Source of the DNA: Limisphaerales bacterium
Lineage (GTDB): Bacteria; Verrucomicrobiota; Verrucomicrobiia; Limisphaerales; JBGAJN01
Assembly (NCBI GenBank): GCA_044224905.1
Contig: JBGAJN010000002.1
Span: 642,133 to 706,132 of the forward strand
DNA length: 64,000 bases
Direction of reading: 5' to 3'
The position numbers and the translations under genes were made by a program. The notes below the pieces were generated by a model. It made no database searches. It was not told the DNA's origin and saw only the letters and a program-made list of their open reading frames with translations. This document shows positions 45,308 to 52,822 of the stretch, one piece after another (position 1 is the first letter of the stretch; each line of letters begins with the position of its first letter).

Positions 45308-45988
45308 TTACAGTTCTTTGATCCGGATGTTGCGCCAGCGGACTTCTTCGCCGGGCGTCTTCTTGCCGATGCCGTGGACTTGTAGCGCGATGATACCCTT
45401 TGGCGTCATGCCGTCTTTGAAGTCGGCGGCTTTCACTCCGTTGATCCAAGTTTGAATGTGTTCGCCTTTGCACTCGATGCGCGCCTTGTTCCACTCACCG
45501 TTCTTGAACGCCTTGCGCGCTTCTTCGTTGTTCTTCAGATCGAAGAGCCAGCCGCGGCGTGCTTCGTCGTAGACACCGGCGGTGTAGGCGCGCGCCGAGG
45601 GATCGATCTCATATTGGTAGCCAAACACGCGGTCGGCTTCGAACTTCTTCTTCTTGCCGTTGATCTCCGTCGTGAATTCCTTCTCGGAAAACTCGCTGCG
45701 GAATTGCACGCCGGAGTTCATTTCCTTGGCGACGTTGAACTCGAACTCGAGGATGAAGTCGCCGTATTTCTTCTTCGTGCAGAGGAATGAATTGCCCGTG
45801 CCGGACACGGTCTTGCCGACGACGCAGCCGTCCTCGACACGATACTCAGCCTTGCCGCTGTGTTGTTCCCAGCCGTCGAGGTTTTTGCCGTTGAAGAGGG
45901 GTTTGAATCCGTCGCCCTTGTCGGCGGCGAGGGCGATTGAAGCCGTCGCGAATGCGAGTGCGGCGAGCGCGATGAATGTGCGTTTCAT
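45308..45988 (-). CDS. DUF1080 (3-keto-disaccharide hydrolase-like) secreted protein
   Basis: Signal peptide. FKPLFNGKNLDGWEQH, NSGVQFRS, IALQVHG and the terminal VRWRNIRIKEL. Confidence 0.8.
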   Translation of the reverse strand: MKRTFIALAALAFATASIALAADKGDGFKPLFNGKNLDGWEQHSGKAEYRVEDGCVVGKTVSGTGNSFLCTKKKYGDFILEFEFNVAKEMNSGVQFRSEFSEKEFTTEINGKKKKFEADRVFGYQYEIDPSARAYTAGVYDEARRGWLFDLKNNEEARKAFKNGEWNKARIECKGEHIQTWINGVKAADFKDGMTPKGIIALQVHGIGKKTPGEEVRWRNIRIKEL

Positions 45989-46035
45989 ATTTTGTATAAA
46001 AATTGTTTCGAGAGAATAGCCGGCGCGGTTTGGTT

Positions 46036-47370
46036 TTACAGTCCTTTCACTTCCCAGCCCTTGCGGTACGTGCGGCGGACGAATTGGTTCGCGTCGCTCA
46101 CGTTGGTGAACTTCAACTTTGCTGCATCCCAGTCCAGTGTCGTCTTTGGGAAACGCGTTGCCACGCCGCCGAGCAACACGGCTTCGGTGAGCGGGCCGGC
46201 GTAATCGAAGCTCGCGGAAGTCTTGCCATTGCCGCGACAGGCTTCGGCAAATTGCGTCCAGTGATTCTGCGGCGGCAGCTCGGGCATCTTGAAATCTGCG
46301 AATTGCGCGTGCGGCAAGAGGATCGGCTTCGCGACGTGCGGTAGGACCATTACGCCTTTGGTGCCAATGAAGATTGAGCCCTGGCTGGGAAGTTTCTCCT
46401 CGCCGATGAGCGCCTTGATTTCCGCGGGCGGACGTTGATCGCCGTCGTACCAGACGACTTTCACCGTCTCGCCTTCAGTCACGCGCGTGCCGGGGAAGAT
46501 GTAATGGATCACCGCGTCGGTGGCCCAGTTCGTTGCGCTCGGCGACGGACCTTCAGAGCGCACGGACAACGGCGCGGTGAGCGCGAGCGCTTTGAAAACG
46601 GGATCGTAAATGTGGCAACCCATGTCGCCGAATGTGCCGGTGCCGAAGTCGAGGCGTTTGCGCCAGTTGCCCGGATGATAGTAACCGCCGCCGATGAACG
46701 GACGCGTCGCGGTGACGCCGAGCCAGAGATCCCAATTGAATCCGGCGGGCACGGGATCGTGCTTGTCGGGCAAAGGCAGGGAGTCGCCCCATTTCTTGCT
46801 GCTCCACGTGTGGACTTCCTTCACTTTGCCGATGACGAGGTCCTGAATGAGTTTCACCGCGAGGCGATACTCGAGGCTGGAGTGAACTTGAATGCCCATT
46901 TGCGTGACGAGTTTTTGCTCATGCGCGAAGAGGCGCATCTGGCGGGACTCATAGATGTCATGGGTGAGCGGCTTCTGTCCGTAAACATTCAGCCCGAGTT
47001 GCATTGCCGACATGCCGATTGGGGCGTGCATGTGATCGGGCGTGGAGACGTTCACGGAGTCGAGGTTCTTGTGCTCCTTGTCGAGCAACTCGCGCCAGTC
47101 CTGATAAATCTTCACGTCGGGAAACTTCTTCTTCAGGTCGACCGCGCGGCTCTCGTCCACCTCCGCGGCGGCGACAAGTCTTACGAAAGGATTCGCGGTC
47201 AAACCATTGATGTCCGAGCGCGCCATGCCGGCGGCGCCGAAGCTGGCGTGGCGAAGAGTTCCGCTGGGCGAAGCCGCGAGCAATCCGCGCGTGACGAACG
47301 GTGCGGTGATGCCGGCGACGCCGAGTTGTTTGAGGAAAGAACGACGATTAACGATGAGTTGGTTTTTCAT
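46036..47370 (-). CDS. Gfo/Idh/MocA-family oxidoreductase with Tat signal
   Basis: ATG at 47370 gives MKNQLIVNRRSFLKQLGVAGITAPFVTRGLLA. Rossmann region and the STPDHMH motif. Confidence 0.85.
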   Translation of the reverse strand: MKNQLIVNRRSFLKQLGVAGITAPFVTRGLLAASPSGTLRHASFGAAGMARSDINGLTANPFVRLVAAAEVDESRAVDLKKKFPDVKIYQDWRELLDKEHKNLDSVNVSTPDHMHAPIGMSAMQLGLNVYGQKPLTHDIYESRQMRLFAHEQKLVTQMGIQVHSSLEYRLAVKLIQDLVIGKVKEVHTWSSKKWGDSLPLPDKHDPVPAGFNWDLWLGVTATRPFIGGGYYHPGNWRKRLDFGTGTFGDMGCHIYDPVFKALALTAPLSVRSEGPSPSATNWATDAVIHYIFPGTRVTEGETVKVVWYDGDQRPPAEIKALIGEEKLPSQGSIFIGTKGVMVLPHVAKPILLPHAQFADFKMPELPPQNHWTQFAEACRGNGKTSASFDYAGPLTEAVLLGGVATRFPKTTLDWDAAKLKFTNVSDANQFVRRTYRKGWEVKGL

Positions 47371-47459
47371 GTGAGTGTTTTTCAGGACGGTGTCTGAGGA
47401 ATGAACGCGCGGGTGCTCGATGCTCGGAGACAAGTGATGAGAAACGAGCCAATGATCGA

Positions 47460-48215
47460 CTAGTTCAATTCCTTGATCGAAATGTTGCGGAACTGCATGA
47501 GGCTCGAGGCGGGGCTGAGTTCGCCGGTCTTGGGATTCTTTCCGCCGTGATGTTGCAAGGCGAGCGCGCCCTTCTCCGGCACGCCGGGAAGTTGCGCGTG
47601 ATCAATCACCGTCTTGCCGTTGAGCACGACCGTGAGGCGATCGCCCTTCATCGTGATTTCAAACGTGTTCCATTCGCCGACCGGTTTGTCGGCTTTCATC
47701 TTGGGCGTCACGCCGGCGCGAACTTCGGGCGGCATCGTCTTGTCCATGCGGTAGCCGTAAACTTCGCCGGAGCCGATCGGCCAGCACCAGATGTTGAGCT
47801 GGGATTTCGATGAGCCACGGAGGTAGATGCCGGAATCGGCGTTCGGCGTTGGCGTGATGATGTCCTTGTCGTCGGGGCCTTTCTTGTGCGTGCCGTCGGG
47901 GAGCACGGTGGGCACGGGATAAAGGCCGGTCGTCTGCTTGATGCGCCAATCGATGCGCAGGACGAAGTCCTTGTATTCCTTCTCCGTCCACAGGTGCTTT
48001 TCGCCTTTGGCCTCGCTAAGCGAATCGTAATCGATCACGCCATCGAGAACTTTCCAGTGGCCATTGTCGCCCGTGGGAACTTTCCAGCCGCTGAGATCCT
48101 TGCCGTTGAAAAGGGAGGTAAAACCCTTGGCGGATTCAGCGAAGCCGAGCTGTGGCAACAAATAGACAGCAGCGACGAGGAGACAGTTGAACGGCTTTCT
48201 CAGTATGCGGGGCAT
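47460..48215 (-). CDS. DUF1080 (3-keto-disaccharide hydrolase-like) secreted protein
   Basis: Signal peptide. FTSLFNGKDLSGWKV, SGIYLRGS, ALQHHG and the terminal MQFRNISIKELN. Confidence 0.8.
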   Translation of the reverse strand: MPRILRKPFNCLLVAAVYLLPQLGFAESAKGFTSLFNGKDLSGWKVPTGDNGHWKVLDGVIDYDSLSEAKGEKHLWTEKEYKDFVLRIDWRIKQTTGLYPVPTVLPDGTHKKGPDDKDIITPTPNADSGIYLRGSSKSQLNIWCWPIGSGEVYGYRMDKTMPPEVRAGVTPKMKADKPVGEWNTFEITMKGDRLTVVLNGKTVIDHAQLPGVPEKGALALQHHGGKNPKTGELSPASSLMQFRNISIKELN

Positions 48216-48312
48216 AGCTGATGGACGGAGAAAGCCCGAGGCTATTCAGGTTGCGGGAGGACAACCTGCCGGACGCGGCGACTGCTGTAAGGTGGACGAC
48301 GGGTTTTGCGTA

Positions 48313-48633
48313 CTAGTCCTTGTCCTTTTCTTTGCCTTTGCCCTTTTCTTTGTCGTCGTCCTTCTCTTTGCACTCTCCCAAGGTGTCGCCGTGCTTTAGG
48401 TGCGCGCTGACGGCCGCCAAGCTCACCGTGATGGTGTGGCCGTTGTGGCATATTTTCACTTTGGGTTCGATGGGGGTCATTTCCTCTTGCTTGTGTTCCT
48501 TCTTGTCGTCTCCCTCTTGTTTCTTGTCGTCGGCGCGCGAATCAGGCGTCGATAAGGGAGAGGTGAGGAAGAGCGCACTGAAAACAAGTGCAGCGAGTCG
48601 AATGGCTGGTGGTGTGGTGGTGGTTGGGTTCAT
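48313..48633 (-). CDS. Small secreted protein with a Cys/His-containing core and K/D/E-rich tails
   Basis: ATG at 48633 gives MNPTTTTPPAIRLAALVFSALFLTSPLS (signal-like). The core is KICHNGHTITVSLAAVSAHLKHGDTLGEC. The flanks are DDKKQEGDDKKEHKQEE and KEKDDDKEKGKGKEKDKD. Confidence 0.5.
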   Translation of the reverse strand: MNPTTTTPPAIRLAALVFSALFLTSPLSTPDSRADDKKQEGDDKKEHKQEEMTPIEPKVKICHNGHTITVSLAAVSAHLKHGDTLGECKEKDDDKEKGKGKEKDKD

Positions 48634-48762
48634 AACTATGCTTACCGAGTGGTTTCTTGAGTCAAGAACCTGCTTACGCTCATCGAATTCGAAAAGCAAT
48701 CGGAATCAGCGGGTGATTTACCCTGCCGAATGCTTAATCAACCGCAACAATGACGGCCTTTT

Positions 48763-50073
48763 TTATGCCGAATACACCTTCAGCTTCCACGGCTTCCGAT
48801 ACGGGCGTTCGTAACTCACGCAATGACGCACGTCGTCGCGGTTCACTACGTCCTGTTTCTTCGCGTCCCAATTCACCGTCTTGCCGCATTGATACGAAAT
48901 GTTCGCGAGATGGCAGCACATCGTCGTCTTCGCCATCGATTCAATGTCGCTGCGCGGTTTGGCGCGGGACTTCACGCAGTCGATGAAGTTCTGCCAGTGA
49001 TCGTGCTGCGGGGATTTCTCGAACGCCTTCGGGCCGGGATCGCCTTCCTTCTCCGGGAACCACTGATAATCCGTGCGATCCACGACCAGCGTGCCCTTCG
49101 TGCCGATGAACTCCGCGCCGTGCGTGCGCCCGCCGTCGAGCCCGCGACCATTCGTGAAGCGCGTCTCCCAATTCATCAGGAACTTCGGGAACCGATAGAT
49201 CGCCTGCATCGTGTCCGGCGTGTCGCGGTCGTCCTTGAGCGCGTAAATGCCGCCCGTGCACGCCACGCTCGTCGGATCGCTCGATTGCATGCCGAGGAAC
49301 ACGATGTCCATCATGTGCACACCCCAATCCGTCACGAGACCGCCGCCGTAATCGTAGAACCACCGCCAGTTCCAGTGCGAACGGTTCGGGTTGTAAGCAC
49401 GCTTCGGTGCCGGACCGAGCCACATGTCGTAATCAAACCCCTCCGGCGCCGGGCAGTCCGCCTTCTTCTCCATCGGCGCGGGCCAGCCGCCGAACTTGCT
49501 CACGAACCACGCGCGGCACACCGCGATCTCGCCCATCTGCCCCGACTGCACAAAATCGATCGCCTTTTGGAAATGCTTCACGCTCCGCTGCCACGTGCCG
49601 ATCTGCACCACGCGCTTGAAATGCTTCGCCGCGCCGAGCATCGCCTTCGCCTCGATGAGATCGTGCGAAATCGGCTTCTCGCAATAAATGTCCTTGCCCG
49701 CCTCGCACGCCGCGATGAACGGCAGCGCATGCCAGTGATCCGGCGTGGCGATGAGCACCGCGTCGATATCCTTCCGGTCGAGCAATGCGCGGAAATCCTT
49801 CAACACCGCGGGAGCGGGCCGGCCGGCCTTGGTGACGATGCCCACGCCCTCGCGCGCCTGCTTGTCATCCACATCGCACACCGCGGCAAACTCCACGCCG
49901 GGCACCTTGAGCAGGCCACCCATATTCGAGCGGCCCATGCCGCCGGAGCCGATCACGCCCATGACCACGCGGTCATTGGCGCCCTTGATCTGGGAATAGG
50001 AACGCGCGCTCATGGCGAGGCCGAGCGCGGCGGTGGAAGTGCGGGTGAGAAAATCGCGACGAGTCGTCTTCAT
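48763..50073 (-). CDS. Gfo/Idh/MocA-family oxidoreductase with Tat signal
   Basis: ATG at 50073 gives MKTTRRDFLTRTSTAALGLAMSARS. VMGVIGSGGMGRSN Rossmann motif and the ATPDHWH motif. Confidence 0.85.
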   Translation of the reverse strand: MKTTRRDFLTRTSTAALGLAMSARSYSQIKGANDRVVMGVIGSGGMGRSNMGGLLKVPGVEFAAVCDVDDKQAREGVGIVTKAGRPAPAVLKDFRALLDRKDIDAVLIATPDHWHALPFIAACEAGKDIYCEKPISHDLIEAKAMLGAAKHFKRVVQIGTWQRSVKHFQKAIDFVQSGQMGEIAVCRAWFVSKFGGWPAPMEKKADCPAPEGFDYDMWLGPAPKRAYNPNRSHWNWRWFYDYGGGLVTDWGVHMMDIVFLGMQSSDPTSVACTGGIYALKDDRDTPDTMQAIYRFPKFLMNWETRFTNGRGLDGGRTHGAEFIGTKGTLVVDRTDYQWFPEKEGDPGPKAFEKSPQHDHWQNFIDCVKSRAKPRSDIESMAKTTMCCHLANISYQCGKTVNWDAKKQDVVNRDDVRHCVSYERPYRKPWKLKVYSA

Positions 50074-50203
50074 GGTTGAACAATATTTTGCCACGTGCGC
50101 GGCGGTTATGGTGAACGGGAACAGGAGAACGCAAAGCGCGCTCGGGGGCAAATCCTTTTCAACAGGGAAGGGCGGAGGAACTGTGGTTCTAGCTCAATTC
50201 CCC

Positions 50204-50218
50204 GCAGTCTATCCTTTG
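50204..50218. repeat. 15-nt direct repeat, left copy (flanks the small atypical ORF)
   Basis: gcagtctatcctttg is identical to 50658-50672. It is followed by ttaggcggcg (50220-50229), the inverted complement of cgccgcctaa at 50626-50635. Confidence 0.85.
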
Positions 50219-50244
50219 ATTAGGCGGCGTTCTTGTATCTAAGT

Positions 50245-50625
50245 TCATCGCGACCATCGGTATAATTCTTGAGGGTAGGCAAACGGCGGCTTGCCCTCCA
50301 CCACCTGCTCAATGTCCTGCATCAGTCGTGAGCCGAGTTTGATGTGCTCCGACCCGGGAGCTCCAGGCGCAGGGCGAACTCCAGGTCCAGGCCCCAGCGC
50401 GTAGCCATCGGAATAATGCGCCTTGGCCTGAGCAACCATCTCTACCAACTGCTGGTATCGCACCTCACTCAACTTACTGTGTAGATGGTCGAGGCTTTGG
50501 CTTAAGCTTTTCCATCCCTCGTCGTATGTCTGGAACTCGGTTGGATAGTCACTGCCATTGCAGTTCGTTCTAAGATAAACAACACTTCCAGCAAGATCCC
50601 GCAAATTTTGTTCGATGATGATCAT
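50245..50625 (-). CDS. Hypothetical protein, compositionally atypical (possible acquired cassette gene)
   Basis: 126-aa ORF (MIIIEQNLRDLAGSVVYLRTNCNGSDYPTEF...). Its codons visibly end in A/T more often than in the flanking genes. It is bracketed by direct and inverted repeats. No family was recognised. Confidence 0.45.
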   Translation of the reverse strand: MIIIEQNLRDLAGSVVYLRTNCNGSDYPTEFQTYDEGWKSLSQSLDHLHSKLSEVRYQQLVEMVAQAKAHYSDGYALGPGPGVRPAPGAPGSEHIKLGSRLMQDIEQVVEGKPPFAYPQELYRWSR

Positions 50626-50657
50626 CGCCGCCTAACAGAGAATGGACAAGGCTCGTT

Positions 50658-50672
50658 GCAGTCTATCCTTTG
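50658..50672. repeat. 15-nt direct repeat, right copy
   Basis: gcagtctatcctttg is identical to 50204-50218. Confidence 0.85.
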
Positions 50673-50785
50673 GCATGCCCAGACCGTATCGGGGACTGAA
50701 TGCTATGTCCAGCACGCGGTTGCGTCCCATACGGCCCCGCATCGGCACTCAACCAAGGCGGCGGCGGAATGCCCAGTTGATGCGG

Positions 50786-50963
50786 TCGTCCCACAGGGAC
50801 GCCTGAAAATAGCCCCGGCTTTCAAGCCGGGGTTCCGGTCCCCGGGTTTCCCGAGTCCCAACGGGACGGCTGAACGGTTCAGTCGTCCCTCCGGGACTTG
50901 ACCGCTTCACCTTCCGCGTCCGGCGTTGAAACGCCGGGCTACCTTCAAGCGTCCCTCGCGGGA
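50786..50963. repeat. Cluster of short GC-rich hairpins (REP-like), including four GTCCC-N3-4-GGGAC units
   Basis: gtcccacagggac (50787-50799), gtcccaacgggac (50854-50866), gtccctccgggac (50884-50896) and gtccctcgcgggac (50950-50963). Also ccccggc-tttcaa-gccgggg (50812-50831), ctgaac-gg-ttcag (50869-50881) and ccggcg-ttgaaa-cgccgg (50919-50936). Confidence 0.75.
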
Positions 50964-51166
50964 CTGGGACCAAGTTTAAAGAATCAGGAGGGTTCGGTGT
51001 CCTCACCGCGCCGCCGTCGAATTAGTGCTAGTCCTTTTGCCTGTTCGCGGACGGCTGGGGACAGCCGTCCCCACCTTGGATCGGTGGGAAATGGCTCTTT
51101 TTAGACACTGCCGGGAGCGGAAATGCCCCAAAAACCATTGGTTTGCCAGTTTCCCGTTCGGAGAGT

Positions 51167-51586
51167 GCCTTTCCCAACGTTCCGAAGGCCATTCGGCATT
51201 CTCGGAATGGCTTTCTGGCCGTCCGGAAAGGCATTCCGCGTTTTCGGAATAGCCTTCCGGCCACCAGGAATGGCGTTCGGCATTTGCGGAACGGCTTTCC
51301 TGTCGCCCCGAAGAACCTTCGGCGTTTGCGGAATGGCTTTCCGGACGTCCGGAAGGTCACTGGCGGTTTCGCCTATGGCTTTCCAAGCGTCTGGCAGGTC
51401 ACTGGCGGTTTTACTTACGGCCTCCGGGACGTCCGGAAGGCCTCTGGCGATTTTGCCTACGGCTTCCCAAGCGTCCGGAAGGTCGTTGTGCGTTTTCACA
51501 ATGGCTTTCCGGCTGTCCAGAAGGCCACTGGCAGTTTTGCCTATGGCTTTCGGAACCATCGGGAGGCCGTTATCTACGTGGTAAAA
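51167..51586. repeat. Degenerate tandem repeat, ten units of exactly 42 nt
   Basis: Units start at 51167, 51209, 51251, 51293, 51335, 51377, 51419, 51461, 51503 and 51545, each beginning g(g/c)c(t/c)ttcc-like, e.g. ggctttccggacgtccggaaggtcactggcggtttcgcctat. There are no indels between units. ORFs are open in several frames on both strands. Confidence 0.9.
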
Positions 51587-51884
51587 GGCTGATTTAGCCA
51601 CAGAGGCACCGAGTGCACCGAGAAAGGCCTCTAAAATATCCTCTTGGTGTCCTCTGTGACTCGGTGGCGGGTTGAATATTTGGGATTTGCCGGGGAATTG
51701 CCGGAATGGCGGCGAGAGGCGGTGCCGTCTCGGCACGTTCATGTTTTCGGTGGCCGGGGGTTTGGTTGGCCGCCGGGATGAGCTCGATTTACCGGCTTAG
51801 CAAGGTGTTGCCTGTCGCGGCGCATTCGAAACCCGGCCTTTTGGCTTGCGTTTTTCGGCCATCTCCCAATGATTCCGCCTCTTT

Positions 51885-52637
51885 ATGAATCCTGAAGCGA
51901 CTCAACCGCCGGCCTCGACTGATCCGACCCAGACTGACCAGGTGGTCTTATTGATGACGTGGTTTGAGACCAACAAGAAGCGGCTGGCCATGTTGGCCGG
52001 AATCGCGATTGCGGTTGGTGGCGTGTATTACGTCGTGAATTATTTCAAGGCGCAGCGCGAGGCGGAAGCCAGCCAGGCATTGTCGGCTTTGCGCGCGGGT
52101 TCGGTTTTCGCGGAACGCACCGGTGGCGGCACCAAGGCGAGCGAGTTGCAGCAGATCGCCCAGAAGTATTCCGGCACGGCCGCAGCAGACGAAGCGGCGT
52201 TGCTCGCGGCGGGCGCAATGTTCGCGGAAGGCCAGTATGAAGCGGCGCGCGCGGAGTTCGCCAAGTTCCTCCAATCCCATGATCGCGGCGATATCGGCGC
52301 GGCGGCGGCCTACGGCGTGGCGGCGAGTCTCGAGTCATTGAAGAAGACGGACGAGGCGATCGCGGCGTATCAAAATGTCAGCCAACGTTTCCCGGGCACC
52401 GGTCAGGCGGCGCAGGCGAAACTGGCGGTGGCGCGTTTGTTTGAGGCGAAGAGTCAGCCCGAGAAGGCGTATGAAATTTATCAGGAATTGGTCCGGCCCA
52501 CGGCGATGACCTTGTGGAGCCAGGAAGCGAATCAGCGTCGTGAAGAGTTGGTGCGGAAGTTCCCGCAACTCGCCGCGACGAATGCACCGTCGGCCAGCAC
52601 GCCCAATGTGCCGGCTCCGGCGGCGACGAAGCCGTAA
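51885..52637 (+). CDS. Membrane-anchored tetratricopeptide-repeat protein (YfgM/YbgF-like architecture)
   Basis: 250-aa ORF with an N-terminal TM (LAMLAGIAIAVGGVYYVVNYF). TPR-like helical repeats follow (AAADEAALLAAGAMFAEGQYEAARAEFAKFL, AAAYGVAASLESLKKTDEAIAAYQNV, AKLAVARLFEAKSQPEKAYEIYQEL). Confidence 0.6.
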   Translation: MNPEATQPPASTDPTQTDQVVLLMTWFETNKKRLAMLAGIAIAVGGVYYVVNYFKAQREAEASQALSALRAGSVFAERTGGGTKASELQQIAQKYSGTAAADEAALLAAGAMFAEGQYEAARAEFAKFLQSHDRGDIGAAAAYGVAASLESLKKTDEAIAAYQNVSQRFPGTGQAAQAKLAVARLFEAKSQPEKAYEIYQELVRPTAMTLWSQEANQRREELVRKFPQLAATNAPSASTPNVPAPAATKP

Positions 52638-52738
52638 TGGGCTTCTCCGGCCGGTGCGGAGACCGGCTGGTGGACAGTGAAAAATGCGCCCGCGCTTTGA
52701 GGGAAGCGGCTGGCGGCAAAACGTTTTCACTAAAGATT

Positions 52739-52754
52739 CGTCCCTTCAGGGACG
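52739..52754. repeat. Isolated CGTCCC-N4-GGGACG hairpin (same family as the 50.8-kb cluster)
   Basis: cgtcccttcagggacg lies in the intergenic region upstream of ugd. Confidence 0.6.
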
Positions 52755-52822
52755 ATGAGGAAGCTGGCGACCCTGTGTAATCCAGTACAGGTGCGTCCAT
52801 CGCACAGTAACTTAATTAGCGC

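Noticed and set aside
50204-50672. A complete integron gene cassette with a bona fide attC
   Set aside because: Only core-like heptamers are present (GTTAGGC before the ATG and GCCTAAT after the stop). I could not find the paired L'/L'' arms or a foldable attC, and no integrase gene lies in the window. I kept it only as a cassette-like insertion hypothesis.
51167-51586. Possible CRISPR array, suggested by the regular 42-nt periodicity with a conserved half and a variable half
   Set aside because: The conserved parts are only ~22-24 nt and are themselves degenerate. The variable parts are related to one another rather than being unique spacers. The unit length is far below normal repeat-plus-spacer size, and no cas genes are present.
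51101-51742. Calling the 213-aa minus-strand ORF, or the plus-strand ORFs 51123-51584 and 51143-51592, as a CDS
   Set aside because: All are generated by the same tandem repeat. Several frames on both strands are open, and codon third-position composition does not favour any of them. I left it as a repeat with unresolved coding status.
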